A stretch of 64,000 nt of DNA from Rhodosorus marinus CCMP1338 (Eukaryota; Plantae; Rhodophyta): contig JAMWBK010000001.1 in NCBI GenBank assembly GCA_029953675.1, positions 1,674,001-1,738,000 on the forward strand, in the 5' to 3' direction. Positions 24,740 to 37,837 of this stretch are shown piece after piece. A model generated the notes under the pieces. That model saw nothing but the letters and a program-made list of their open reading frames with translations, did not search any database and had not been told where the DNA came from. Numbering within the stretch: position 1 is the first letter of the stretch; each line of letters opens with the position of its first letter. A program made the translations under genes and the position numbers.

Positions 24740-27432
24740 ACCGAAAAGGCGGGAAATTGCGACATTTGGTGAATACCTAAACTAAATTAGAACTTGGAAA
24801 ATTCAACATCAAAATTTAAAATATATATATATAAACATAGCTCAGATACAATCTCAACTTGGATTCTATGACCATTATATTCCAAAAAACAATAGACGAA
24901 TCTACGAGAATTATTCGATTAGTTTAAATTTATAATTAGCTCTTTCAGATATTTTGATTCCTCGGGCAAAACTGATTGACTTTAGGCAAATAACTTTTGT
25001 ACCGAATATATTTGGGAGAAACCCTTTTTTTTGTTCCAACTCACTTGCATTGTGATCAAAAAGAAAATCTCATTTTCATGACCCCCTCAGGGGAGATCTG
25101 TACGGGACACTAGCTAATTGAAATGCTCACCGAGGTTGTACAGGCTTAAAAATCAGTCCGATGGCAAATTAATAGAAATCGATAGGCTAAGCAGTTGAGT
25201 AGACACCGGCGGTTCACATTTTCCTTTGCGAAGGCCAAGATTTAAATCTCTTTTTGTTGCCCACTTCGTACTGAAATGTTGTGAACGAAGGATGTCTCGT
25301 TTTCTTATATGGCTCCCCGCCACACTCTGGATACTCCTTCTTACGAAAGCCTGGGCTTTTCGCTCACTGTGTGAGCAAGAAAATGCATCGACCCGCGGTT
25401 TTCCGATGGGAGCATCGCGAAGTGGGAAATCTCAGCTACCTGAAAGCGATTAATAGCTATCTACTGGAGCTGAAAAGGAGGGGCTTCGTCGAGTAGGAGA
25501 CTGTTCTTCAGTAAGCGTTCACATCGACAAACGCGGTCCCATGAGCTCACTTGATAACGCAACCCCGGCAGAGTCTATATCTGGTTCCCAGAGACCGAAC
25601 TCAGAAGCTGCATGCAGGAAAGCGCTACAGACTTCTCTTGCCTGATAGTAATCCACTCTCGAGCTTGAAATCGATCACGTCCACCTAAGCGGATCGTTCA
25701 TGTACGTACAAAAGGTCGCCACTACTGCGCAGCAGTCTGTCAGAACGAGGGAAGCTGTCCTTTCGTTTTCCTGCGAAGCATCTCTCACCTGTGACGACGG
25801 ACAACTCGTTTGCGAAAGCCTACCTGCTGCTATTTTAGCATACGATCAGAGGAAAGTCTGTGATTTTCACAGCAGAAGCGTGGTCAACTCGGGTTTGGTA
25901 TAACATCCCGCCTTGAGGCGCTGAATGAAGGCCTTCAATAGTCGCAGTAGTTTTCCAGGATTCCAATTGGCAAAAGCCTTGGATGCTCGTTCTAGGTTTG
26001 CACGAAAGAGGGTGAAGGACGAAGTCCACCCTGCGAAAAGCGAACTGTCAACTTGAGAAATTACGTTGATATTCCTAGGATCGTCCAACAAAACCCAATT
26101 ACAACAGTACTCATGTCTGAGACTTCACGACGGACACGTAGACTGGAAATACAGATTCTCGCCCCTGCCTCCCGCTATATGCCGGAACCATGACGGGTGT
26201 CCTTCTGCAAGTTGAGCGCTCAACTACAAGGGCGCTTGCGAACTGAAAATCTTCCCGCAAGCTTTCGACCTGTGGAAGAGCGCATTTCACACGTATTGCG
26301 TGCCAATGACCAGTGGGTTCAGAGGGCTCGCTACCCCAGACAGTGATATGACTGAAAAGCACACGCTCTTGCTTCCAGCAACTGAATGCCTTGTCGTCCC
26401 TCCTCTTCCGGCAGGGAAACTTCGAATCATCTCGCAACGCTGGATCAAGCGGGTATTGGCAGCTACTCCGTCATTACATGAGCACGAACCGTCATGAGCA
26501 CGAACCGACTGAGGTAAGAAAGGATTGATCGGCGACCAAGGGGCTTGCCTCTACCAGCAATGCGCACCCTCGACTTAGTCCTTTTCCCCAATCCGTTGAA
26601 GGGCATGTTCTCTTTTGGGTTTTGAAATTTTCGTTCCAGGTCCTGCGCAGAACCAGCGGATTGAATTTCCCCCCTTTTTCAGGCCTTTACCAGTGGAATG
26701 AAAGCTATATTGGGGTACATGCGCAGTAGCTAGTATCAATCGCCAACTCTTGAAAACCAGTGGGTATCCTCTGAAGTACGTAATGACGAAATGGCGAATC
26801 TTTTTTTCTCCAAATTTAGTCAACCGTGCGTTCCATGTGAAAGTGGATGCCCAACCTCACAAAGGTTTGACCTAGCTTGGATCTGGCTCCATCTCGATTT
26901 AACCCGTGGATTGAAGAACTCTCTGGTATTGTGACATGGCCGGTCTTCCCACATCACATCTCGATAACAGCGAAGGGCATGAGGAGCCTGAAGTGGGAAG
27001 AATTACGTGGTTATGCTGATGCTCGGCACGAGGAAAAGTACTCTTCGTTGGTGGATTGACTAGGGGTTCAATGTAGAGCTCCTCTTTCCGAGTATTGTGG
27101 CGCCTCTTGAGCTCAACTACAGCGGTTCCCCCCTCCGTTCGAGGCCACCAGGATTTGATGGTTTGAAAGAGAAACACTACTTTCCTTAGGAGACCACTAT
27201 AAGGCAGAAGGGCTTATGGGTTGGTCCGCGACTGTGACAGTGCTTTTCGAATGAACACGATCCTCGATTGCCGAACTTCTGGTAAAGGGGAAAAACCTGC
27301 ACATTTATTGTATCAAAATTTTGTATATAAAATATTACGGGCAACGAGAAAAAATATTATATCGTAACACTTGCCGCGCGGACGAGCGCGTATACATTAA
27401 AGTACAATACATAGTCATGTGATCCTCATTAG

Positions 27433-29052
27433 TTAAGCTACTTTGAGGTTCTCCAAGTATTTCAGTACAACACGAGCACCAACAGTAGCGTCGGGTGGGG
27501 AAAGCCATTCGGCTGGATTGTGGCTGATACCACCAGCGCATCGGAGAAATAGCATAGCTGAAGGTATCTTGTTTCCAACAATCATCGCATCATGACCAGC
27601 ACCACTGGAAAGGATTCTCACAGAATCCGGAGAATCCTCCAGTCCCTCCTCAGAAATTGCCGTAGCCAGCGCCCTCCTGATTTCTGGGTTCATTGGCACA
27701 GCAGGTGCCTCGTGAGTTTTCGTTATTTGCAACTCAAGACCCCGTCTAATTCTCACAGACTCAAGATATTCCACAATTCTATCAACAGCGTGAATGCGCA
27801 CTTCATCAGTCGGTGCCCTGACATCAACGGTGAACATAACCTCACCAGGAACGACGTTGCTTGAGGCATGCACAATGTTGAGCGTTCCCACGGTGGCCAC
27901 GAGCCCATCATTGGAGTTGCCCACTCTTTCAATTTCCGAAACTGCTTCAGCCGAAGCGCCCAGTGCATCCTTACGCATAGTCATAGGGACTGTTCCGGCG
28001 TGCCCCGACTCACCAAAGTAGCGAACTTGCATTCTCGTCTGTCCATTAATTGCATCTACAATGCCAATAGGCCGACCTTCTGCCTCGAGAATGGGTCCTT
28101 GCTCGATGTGAAGCTCAATGAAAGCCGCTACATCCTCCAGCGAGGTCCCCGCTGACTTCATCAGACCTTGGACGATTCCGGAGCGCTTAGAATCGAGCCC
28201 ATAGTTGATCTGATGCTTCCGGAAAGCTTCCTCCAGGCCCGCATATTGCTCCAGCAGTTGTTCAGCGGCCTCTTTCGTTAAGTATTCCCCCATGAAAGCC
28301 TTTGCACCCGTGTTAGTTGTTCCAAAGCTGCTGTTTCCCTCCTCGTCATCAAACGCCGCTACCTCCACCGTGAAAGGAAGGCGCTGTCCACGATGCTTAA
28401 GCACTTTCACTACAGAAATTGCCGCAAGGACACCGTATACACCGTCAAACTTGCCCGCGTCATTGACGCTGTCGAAGTGCGACCCGAGGACTATTGTCCT
28501 TGGGTTGCTCGTAGAGGGGTCCGCTTCGTACCTCCCGACAACATTCCCAACAATGTTTATGGAGCTTGTCATGCCCGCGTCCTCCATCCAAGCTTGAACT
28601 TGGCGTGCCGCGTGAGCGCTTGCCACCGAAAGGTAGGGTCTGTTTATTATCCCCGGGTCTTCGGTTATTCGAGAGAGTGTCATATGCCGCTCGAATAACT
28701 CCTTCCCCATAATGCAACTCTCGTCTCCCCACTCGCAAATGCTATGTGAGTCCTTACTGTGCAAGCTCAAATTATTTGATTCAATATTTACTCCCACAGC
28801 CCTCTGCGCAATTCCAAAAATCAGTGGAGTGCTCGCAAGTAAGACCAGGACAAACGAAATCATCTGCGTTAAGCTCGGTCCACCCTCCCTACTATTTTCC
28901 CCGACGAGCTTTTCCTTTTGCTTCAAGTCACTAGTTGTTAGCGGCGCCGAAGTTGCCAGGTTGGACATCCCTTGCAAAGAGGAATACGACCCATTCCGAG
29001 TCATGCTCCCGAAGGAAAACACTCTCATCATTCTAGACTTAGTTTCCGACAT
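27433..29052 (-). CDS. AAH: Allantoate amidohydrolase (allantoate deiminase), M20 family, intronless
   Basis: 539-aa ORF with GSHFDSV..AGKFDG..G, AFDDEEG, AFIELHIEQGPILE, GHAGTVPM, SSNVVPG, SGAGHDAM and GGISHNPAE. N-terminal extension with one hydrophobic segment. Confidence 0.9.
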   Translation of the reverse strand: MSETKSRMMRVFSFGSMTRNGSYSSLQGMSNLATSAPLTTSDLKQKEKLVGENSREGGPSLTQMISFVLVLLASTPLIFGIAQRAVGVNIESNNLSLHSKDSHSICEWGDESCIMGKELFERHMTLSRITEDPGIINRPYLSVASAHAARQVQAWMEDAGMTSSINIVGNVVGRYEADPSTSNPRTIVLGSHFDSVNDAGKFDGVYGVLAAISVVKVLKHRGQRLPFTVEVAAFDDEEGNSSFGTTNTGAKAFMGEYLTKEAAEQLLEQYAGLEEAFRKHQINYGLDSKRSGIVQGLMKSAGTSLEDVAAFIELHIEQGPILEAEGRPIGIVDAINGQTRMQVRYFGESGHAGTVPMTMRKDALGASAEAVSEIERVGNSNDGLVATVGTLNIVHASSNVVPGEVMFTVDVRAPTDEVRIHAVDRIVEYLESVRIRRGLELQITKTHEAPAVPMNPEIRRALATAISEEGLEDSPDSVRILSSGAGHDAMIVGNKIPSAMLFLRCAGGISHNPAEWLSPPDATVGARVVLKYLENLKVA

Positions 29053-30815
29053 ATCTAACCTCTTTCACTTCCCTCTTCACCCTACATTAAACAACAATGA
29101 ACAACCAGGAATATACATACACACAATGTACAAACACTACAATCCTACCCTCTCAACCGCCACATGTATCTCTCCTATCCTCCCACTAGCGACCGTCTTC
29201 TCCTCAAACTACCAACTTTACAGTATAGCCTCCCTCTTCCCCTCAGCAACGTGCTCTTCTCCCCCCCTAGTCCCCCCACCATGAACACTTACATATATAC
29301 TACGTATCCAGCCCTAGCCCTAGCCCAAAAGTTGACATCCGCTTTTGTCCGCCGTTCTTGAAAATTTAATAAATAAGCCGACCTCTGGCATCAGGCGTTT
29401 ATGAAGCTTAGAGTTATAAAAGGCAACAATACGACAGTCAGCCCCTCTTCAAGATGAAAAGCTTCCAGAAACTATCTATTTTCGAGGAATATTGGTTGTC
29501 TACGCCTTACGCTTTTCTCCCCACTGTATTTGTTCAAGCAAAGCCCCAGGGCGATCCGAATATTCTTCCCAATAATTAAGACTTTTCAAAGCACCAACTA
29601 ACACGGTCAGGAGACGCCGGTCTGCGAAAAGGCCTACAAATATTAACTAAAGAAGATAAAGTTTATGCAAGTTGATTGGTCTAACGACTTAGAGCTTGTT
29701 TGCTGACGGAGGTCAACTAACCCCCCCCTACGCGGTGAAAACATTTTAAGGCAAGACAAAATATCTTTTTGAATAATACCCCTGCTCGAATCTTCTCGAA
29801 GAAACCTGTATTCTTATAATTTGGATATTTTATAACGCTTATCTCTCAGAGTACAATTTCCTCAAGGGCCGTTGAGGAAACTAACTGAAGCCCTTTACAT
29901 TCAGCCGCAATGGGGGTGAGGGTCTACCGATAGCGTTTTCATGGCACAAGCTCTAGCAGCTACGTGAACCCCTGAGCAGGAGTCAACTGAATTTCCATCG
30001 TCCAATCAAAACACAGATACACGTCCTTACGTGTTCGTTAACAAATGAATCTCTCCCACATTGTTATTCCCGCTCCCGCTTCCATCAATACCTCTCAACT
30101 GAAATCTCTTCATCAAAATAATAGCTGCCACGCGTCCAACAGTGCCCTAATTCAACCAATTATCCCATGCCAGCTCCGTAATTTTCGTTAAATGAGACAT
30201 CCATTTGTGTGCTTCGTATCAACTTCAGTATACTATCATTATGCAATAATAGGACTTACAATGATTGATGTGAATTTTGATAGCTACAGTCAATATATCA
30301 GTCATTATTATCATTTCACGCCGCCGCCTCACGGGGCCGGAAGGCCCGATTACAAAGGAGCTTTTCTTTTCAACAATTATGGAAACCAAAAGGTATGTTC
30401 CTAGCCCCCCAGGGGCCAGGATCTGATTATTGAGGTCGCTCCTTCAAAGGATGGTCTGTTGAATAGATATTGGGATATAGCCAAGCTCATGGAATTGTTG
30501 CTTTCGATTATTAGGGGTTGTTGGTTGTGCCTGTGACCTCGCCTGAAACTTTCAAGAAAGCCTGAGAAGTGGATTGAGGTCCGTCGTGGACGTCCGCCTT
30601 TTCCTGCTTAGGGCTTCAGCTGTGAAACTTTGGATCGCGGGGTGTTGTTGGTATTCGAGGGTCGGGGGAGGGGGTGTGTGTCGGGGAGAAGATAGTTGGT
30701 GCGGAACAAGGTACGTATGCACAATTCTTGCTGCTGTAGAGGTTGTTACCGGTCCGTTTATGTTTTGATAGGGGTTTTCTGATCTGGACTTGTGCTGTAC
30801 GTTTAGCGTAGAAAG

Positions 30816-31100
30816 ATGTCAGGAATTGCCGTGGGACTCGAGAAAGGTCACGTTGTGACCAAGAGGGAATTGGCGCCTCGCCCAAGCTCGAGGAAGGGAA
30901 GATCCACGACGAAGACCAAGTTTGTCCGTGACGTTGTACGTGAAGTTACTGGGTTGGCTCCGTATGAGAAGCGAATTATTGAGTTGCTTCGCATCGGTTG
31001 CGATAAGCGGGCTTTGAGGTTGGCTAAGAAGCGATTGGGAACTCATGGACGTGCCAAGAGAAAGAGGGAGGAGATGTCTGATGTGCTCCGCAAGAAGTAA
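30816..31100 (+). CDS. RPL36: 60S ribosomal protein L36 (eL36)
   Basis: [14 protein letters not shown]...[52 protein letters not shown] is the canonical eL36 sequence. Confidence 0.97.
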   Translation: MSGIAVGLEKGHVVTKRELAPRPSSRKGRSTTKTKFVRDVVREVTGLAPYEKRIIELLRIGCDKRALRLAKKRLGTHGRAKRKREEMSDVLRKK

Positions 31101-31553
31101 TCTCAGTAGCGGCGAATGGTTGCAAGTATTTTCGGCTTTCTTTGGACATAGATACGCTCTCTAGAAACCAAAAGAAGGCGTATGTGAGGGAAATATGGAA
31201 GGATGCACTGGCGCTACGAAATTGTAGGGTGCGAATAGGTGCGGTTCTCGGCCACGAGAGAAAGTTACGATTAAGACGGAACGTAGCTTTATAAAGTGAG
31301 GGCTTTTCGAATTGATATGATAATTATGCCTTCATAAGCATGGGTTCACGCTTCCGATGAATTTGTCATTATCTTGACTTTGTCTGTGACCAACCACATT
31401 ACAGCCTCCTCTAACTCGGGAGAGTGCTAATTGGTTCTATTTTCCAGTGGCTGAAATCCGCGAGGATGAAAGAACACTCTGCACTCGTAGCCAGATTCCA
31501 CCCTGAGCGACCCAACTACTTAGTTTCCTATACACTTTGTTTACGAGAAAAGT

Positions 31554-32078
31554 TCATTCCTGTTCTACAAATGGGTTTTCCGTCTCCTCCATTCCGTCGG
31601 TTGGACAAATAGTCATTACTGAAGTGCCACGAGCAACGAGGAGGCCCAGTTTCCGTTCCTTCCCTGTGAGTACGTACGGATCAGTGGGGTCTAGTCCATA
31701 GGCAAGAAATTGGGCCGCGCATGGATGTGAGAAAGAGCAAAGAAATTGAACACACAGTGACATGGAGTGGAAACCCTACCTCGTAGCTCCTCTACAGCAT
31801 CGTCAAGGACCAAGTTCACGAGAGGATCCCATCCCTTCAAGGTGCCTCGAACTGCGGGCGTGCAAATCGAAAAGTGACAGGAAACGCGAATTTGGATGAG
31901 AAAATGACAAAAACTCAACAAGCGGCAGAAGATCCGTTGCCAAGGGAAGCTTACTTTGTCTCCCGCCAACCAGCTTGACGAGAACTGATCTTTCCACGTG
32001 CTTGGAAAGATCCAGTACCACGGGCCGTTGTCGGTTTCCCGATCCTCCGCTTGATGACATTTGACCACTCTGCATCAT
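31554..32078 (-). CDS. LSM7: Sm-like protein LSm7 (3 exons)
   Basis: Spliced product VLDLSKHVERSVLVKLVGGRQ / RGTLKGWDPLVNLVLDDAVEELR / DPTDPY...RKLGLLVARGTSVMTICPTDGMEETENPF. Confidence 0.92.
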
Positions 32079-34287
32079 TCAAAAACGAAGGAGAAGACGA
32101 TAGGAAGGCTTCCATTCAACAACTCGATAAAGCCCACGATTTTTGCTCCCAGGTCAAACCCGACGCGAAATCGCGGGTCGGAAGCGCGCAACGCCAAGCC
32201 CCAGAACACCGCAACAAGACCTAGAAACCCAACTAGTCGAAGATGGAGTATTCAACTTACCATGCTTGAGAGAAATTTGCGGCCCGCTCTTATCCGCCAA
32301 CCCCTCCCCTCCCCCCCCGCCACGCCCCAAAGCGTCGGACTTGGTCTATCGAGTTGGTCAACACTAACCAGCAGCTGCAACTCGTGCGCTCCCCGTCGCA
32401 AAAGTTTAATCGGTACCGGGAGAAAACAAACGTCTTCGCAAAGCGGATGTGAGTAGAACTCACGAGCTCTTGATTCAAGACCACAAGCAGGGCTGCCGTG
32501 ACGACGTGGATTTGGTAAGCGGGTAATAAGCGGGTAGCTGTGAGTTATGGCGGAAGGCATTGTGCCTTGCAATAGCGACCTTGCAGCAATGGGTTGATTT
32601 ATTCGGGTCGTGAGCAGGCCCGAAGCTGTCGAGGGAGATAGTGCGGGCGTAGCCTGAGGCCAAGGGCTTGTCTGCTGCTCAGTGGATAGTGTTAGAAAGT
32701 TTGCGATTCACTTTCGTGTAACTCTGGTTCAGACAACTCACATCAGCCGCAAAACTTACAGAGGCGACAATTTCGAGTTGACTGGTGCGATTCTCAGATT
32801 TGTTTGCGTTGGGACAGCAGTCATGTTCATGGTACCCGAACACTCCTGCTCTAGCGCAGCCGACTGTAACATTGAGCACTGGTTTCGATCGTCCCAGTGG
32901 TCGAATGGACGTGTGAGCCTTCAAGGCATGTGTCTCTTACTCTTTCTGAAGTGGATAGTTCAGAAAGGGAAAGAATGTCCTCGGCGCCTGGGCTTCATGC
33001 TTATCTCGAATCTGAGGATGGAAGACGAGCGATCAGGTGGCACTTATCCAGTAAAGTTCACCTGGGACTGAGGAGGCTGTTCTGATCAAAACTAAATTGA
33101 AACCCTCCGGTTGTTGCAACTGCGCACAAAAACTTCAAGGTCAAAGTCACCACTTTAACCGTACCCAGGATTGAGCAGTGGGGGTTCTGGTCCCATTAAG
33201 GTGAGGAGCTGGCGGCGTACCACAAAAGCACGATATCATGTCATACACTTTTATGAACCGTGCATTCAATGAGTTCACAGCAAAAAACAAATATCGGGAT
33301 TTCTCGGGTCAGAGGTTCTGGAGTGGCGGTCCAGGGTCTGGATTGGTAACTGGATTCGTGCATGAACAGAAGTCTTGAGCGTGGAGCCCTGAATCCCGCA
33401 GGAGATGCTTTCATGGGTACAGTTCTCACATCACCCAAACAGCCAACCATTGATGAATCTCAATCACTTTGGTAGGTCTCCACAAAAGTCGAGCATCTAA
33501 AATGCACAGTTGGTTCTCGCTCCCAACCAGTTTCTTAGTGTCCAAGTCATACGGGAGAAGCTGAGCGGCTCAAATTCTCTCCCCACACGCCCAGCTTCAG
33601 GCCTCGGATTGAATCTTACTGAAAGACCTCAAGACCGCCTCATCAAACTCCAAAAAGGGAGTCGTAGATCACATTGGGAAAACCTGAACGGTTGAAGATT
33701 ATTTATTAGCGACAGACGGAAATCGATGTACCCCCTTGGCCATAGGGAAACGAGAGACAAAAAAGGGTCAATTCTGTTATCCTAATTGGAACCAACTTCC
33801 TTTCCTCAAAGCTCACCAATATGGATCTCGGTTGCTTCCCTCACACCACACACCCCACCATTTGCCATTTAATGTGAAATAACCTCAAAATTCCGGGGTT
33901 GTCTCTGCCAACGAATTTCTGGGCATATACGACTTTCTGGGCATATATACGCTGATTGCAATCATTGAGTCGGATAAAATGGGATAGTTTGTAGAATCAT
34001 GAAAATTGAATAAAAACATATTATTGTCTGTTCCTATTGGATGTTCGTTTCTACCGGATTCTATAAGGCGTTTTGTGATATTGAATAAACATTATTAAAA
34101 AGATGATGATGAAAGCGCTAGTTCATATGCTGTTCCTATTGGACATTGATCGGATACAGGATGAAGTCGATGATGTTTATTTAGGAATTGTTAGTTTCGT
34201 ATCACATTTGCCAACGACCATCTGCTTTAACGGAGTTCAAGTACTGAGTCCAGAAGCAGTAGGGTGTGCTGCTTGTTGTGAGCACGT

Positions 34288-34740
34288 TTGGAGTGGAATA
34301 GGTTAGGGACAGAGTGCATGTCCAGGTGGAAAATTTGGTATCTTTACAGCTGCGACCGGTGCAGTAGAAAACGGGTGCTGCCGGGTTGGATGGTTGATAG
34401 CCGGCATGCTTTGAGGGATCTCATCGAAAAAGGCGCAGATAGATTGTTTCATTGCATCCGAGGGGATTGTAGAGTCAGCAGGGAGACGAAATATAATCTG
34501 GAGCAGCAGTTATTCACCGGTTCTGATAAAAGACTGTTCAGATGCCAACATTGTCCGAGACCCTACAAGAAAAAAAGCGGATCATCGTGGACACCAACCC
34601 TGCCCATTATTGTCCGCAAAGGCTTTACTGTACCTGCGTAACTCGCGATAAAGGTGAGGAAGCAATTGAAGTCGCACCTGAATTCCCAGTTCCCGAGTCT
34701 AGTCCAGATGCAGAACTCCTTCTCAAAACGCGATGATGCT
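34288..34740 (+). pseudogene. Probable C2H2 zinc-finger pseudogene
   Basis: FHCIRGDCRVSRETKYNLEQQ and DKRLFRCQHCPRPYKKK resemble tandem C2H2 fingers with lost His ligands. The frame shifts at the poly-A run near 34568-34576. Confidence 0.45.
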
Positions 34741-35461
34741 CGGCAAACGCCATGGAAAATGAATCTGGCCGCCAAAAAGGCACCACTGGCCGCGCTTCGA
34801 CTAAGAATTTCAATGAGATAAGTTTGAATCAAGAATCACACGTGGCGCACCTCCCCCGTATATTTCCTGCGAAAAAAAAACAGCGGAAGGATTGTGATAT
34901 GGCCTGATGGTGCTTTGAGCAGTCTACACGATTTCCCCAACGTCCTAGAGAAGCTTCCGCCCCTCTGAGAGACGTCACCCCTACGGGCGGATTGAATTCT
35001 GCGAACTACATTGGTCGGGCGCGCACATAGCTTTTTTTCGAGTGTGGGTGAACTTCTTTTTCATCAGGACCATCTTTTCACGGGACTAGGTCCGAACAAA
35101 GTGTAAATCCAGCGCAGACGGCCCTCTGCGATGCTCGACAGCATTGTCCTCTCTATTCTCATCATCCAAACTGTTCATTTGACGAAATGAAACGTGAACC
35201 ATTCAGTCATTCTACGAACTGGCGAGAGGGAGTTGAGTGTTGCGCGTTTCCACTCAAGTTCAGGCGCGTGACCGGAACCGTGGCCAGACCGGAGCTTCCT
35301 GGTTAGAAGGATAACATTGCTTGGGCTTTGAAGCACGAGATGTACAGATTACGATAATAATAAACAACAACAAAAAATGCAGATCTTGTACAACCATTCA
35401 CAAGTTAGAAACACCGCCAGCTACGTACTTGGAGGCTTGACTCGTAGTTGCAGATGCACAC

Positions 35462-36086
35462 TCAGGTGACACGGGGTTCTTCCTGGGATGCGAAGTCCAA
35501 GAGACGCGCTAAGCTTTCCCCGTATTTCTTCATGAGGCGGCCCATCGAAAACTGCTTCAGCCACGGATTTTTTAGACTGAGTGCTATCTGCGAGCCATGT
35601 CCTGAGAAGGTTGTGCAAGAGGAACTACGAGACAAGCAAATTGAGAACTCCTCGACACCCCATCCTAAAAAGCGATCACACAGGCGACGCAGAGCCGCTG
35701 GATAAGAAGATTAGCAAGTTCTTGGTTTGCGTGAATGTTCACATACCATGGAGCTGCAGAAGCGCGTCGGTTTCAGACTTGTCCGGATGCGGCAAGCTCT
35801 CTGGCTCAGAGACTGCTCCGGTGCTTGTCGGAGCAATGACTTCTGCGGTGCATGGAATCATGGTTGCGGAGTCGTTTGTGGGAGTGCTTTCCAATAATTG
35901 TAGCAAGAATTCTGACAGCAGTGAGTCAAGTGAGCAAGGTTTCCTCAGAATTCCTCCTGCACAAACACTACCGGGTGGACCCTTCCAATCTACACTCTGT
36001 GATCTAGCTAAGCAACTGACAACCTCCGATTCATTTTCCATTACCGGAGCGAAACCATAAAGCAAAATACTTACATACTGCCCCAC
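35462..36086 (-). CDS. Hypothetical spliced protein
   Basis: A 49-nt intron (35746-35698; GTATGT donor, CTAAT branch, CAG acceptor) joins ...DALLQLH to AALRRLCDRFLGWGVEEFSICL...KNPWLKQFSMGRLMKKYGESLARLLDF..., ending TGA at 35464-35462. The start is uncertain. Confidence 0.55.
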
Positions 36087-37837
36087 TAAAGCAAACCCAG
36101 CTCCTTCAACTGCAGTTGAGTTGCTTATCCACTCCTGCTCTTTTAAGGCATGTTCGCTTTCTCGGGTTCGAACAAAGGACGCTAAAATCCCAAAAAATGT
36201 GCTTAAAATCCATCTTGTTTTGATTTAATCAATCTTTTTCGAATAATCAATCTTTATTACTTATTCAATCTTTTTGCTTAAGCTGCGCTTAATCGCTCTC
36301 GAAGGCTTGGTTCCCGTATGTGCTCTACCATGATCGAATTTCCGCGGAACTAGAATTTATTTTGAAAAAAAACTATTTTCACGTGATATCCCCGAACGCT
36401 CTCTGAGGGGTTGAAAACACCAATGAACAAGTTGAAATCCTAGACGTAGATTATAATATTTTATAAAAGACGCATCCTAAGGGGTCCACAGAGGCGATAT
36501 AAAATTACGTTTCCTGGCCAAAATTCCAGCTCGAACGAGATATATATGTATACATCTCTCTCTCTAGCAGTCAATCTCTGCGGCATTCTACTAAGCAACC
36601 TCTTCAACGCTAAAGCCGATGCTGAGGGCCTATTATGTGTCATCAATCGTATTTTTTTCGTTTATTGGAATATTGTTGATGGGCTGCATATAGGGGTCAA
36701 GCGCCAATCTTTTTTGTTTGACTATTTTTAGGGTTGGGAAGTTGACATTCTCAGTGATTCACTTTTAGTCAGAAAAAACAATAGGATATTAGCGCATTGT
36801 GTCAATGTTCCGACCCCTTGAACGTTTGCTAATATATTGGTAGGAGAATACTCCATTTTGGATTGTTTTGTGCATTACATGGAAAACTTAATAAGTGCTA
36901 AGTAATTTGCTGAGAGAGGATACGCTTTGTTTTCAACTATTGTGGTATTGTGGCAATAGGACTTCGGGAGATTCCTGTAAGATTTAACAGTATTTTTGCT
37001 ACGACCGTTCCTCCTCAAAAATGCGGTTGATACAGATGATGGATCGCTAACAAGTGTTAAATTTGAAAATAAATCTGCCTATATGTGTAAACGTATGTGT
37101 CGTCGGGGGCGGGCGGGGGGGTGGGGGTATAATTATCAAAGATTTATGCAAAGCCGCAAGGAAAATAAGTAAATGCCATATGGATCGTATGTTGTATTTT
37201 TCTTCTAAAAGTTTTTATCGTCGGTGGTGTCAATAGGGTTCTTTCGCGTATGCGAGAAACACACCCTACACAGTGGATAAGGTGCTGGTTTCTTCCCTTT
37301 TACCCTCTTGACATCTAGCCCACACATCGAAAACAAAATGATAATAGCAAAAAGTACAAGGCATTGACCACAATGCATTTAGATCCAATGGTTTTTCCTG
37401 ACCAAAAGTGAATCACTAAGAATGTCCCAACTTCCCATCCCCACCAAGAGTCATACGCTCCACTTCGAAGGGGAAACAGGAGAAGCCCACCCCCCCCCCC
37501 TCTTCACCATGGCGGTCTTGATCCATTCTGGTGGACAGCCCCAAGCCATCTATCGACTTTCATAAATCGTTCACTGGTGGAAGCGAGCTCTGTGCGGACG
37601 ATAGTAGGTCATTTTCTTTGGATTCAACATTCAAGACAGAAGTGGACAGCTCCCGTATTTCCTTTTCAGGTGTCTGGGTCCAGGGAAGTCTCTTGTTGAA
37701 GTGTAGTGGCATAGGTAGACTATAGGCAACCCGCTCTGCTCCGGTGCTCCACATGAGCTTGAGTTGCAATCAGGTAACGCGAGGAAGAAGGGTAAGGACT
37801 GAAGATTAGTGGAAATTCGGACAGTAGGACCTTTGTT

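Noticed and set aside
28712-29284. 190-aa plus-strand ORF
   Set aside because: It is antisense to the AAH 5' region, low in complexity and shows no motif.
29310-29328. Telomere-like (GCCCTA)n
   Set aside because: Only about 2-3 units, internal to the chromosome, and not a canonical telomere repeat.
32250-33085. Gene upstream of LSM7
   Set aside because: Several overlapping short ORFs on both strands could not be spliced into a coherent or recognisable product.
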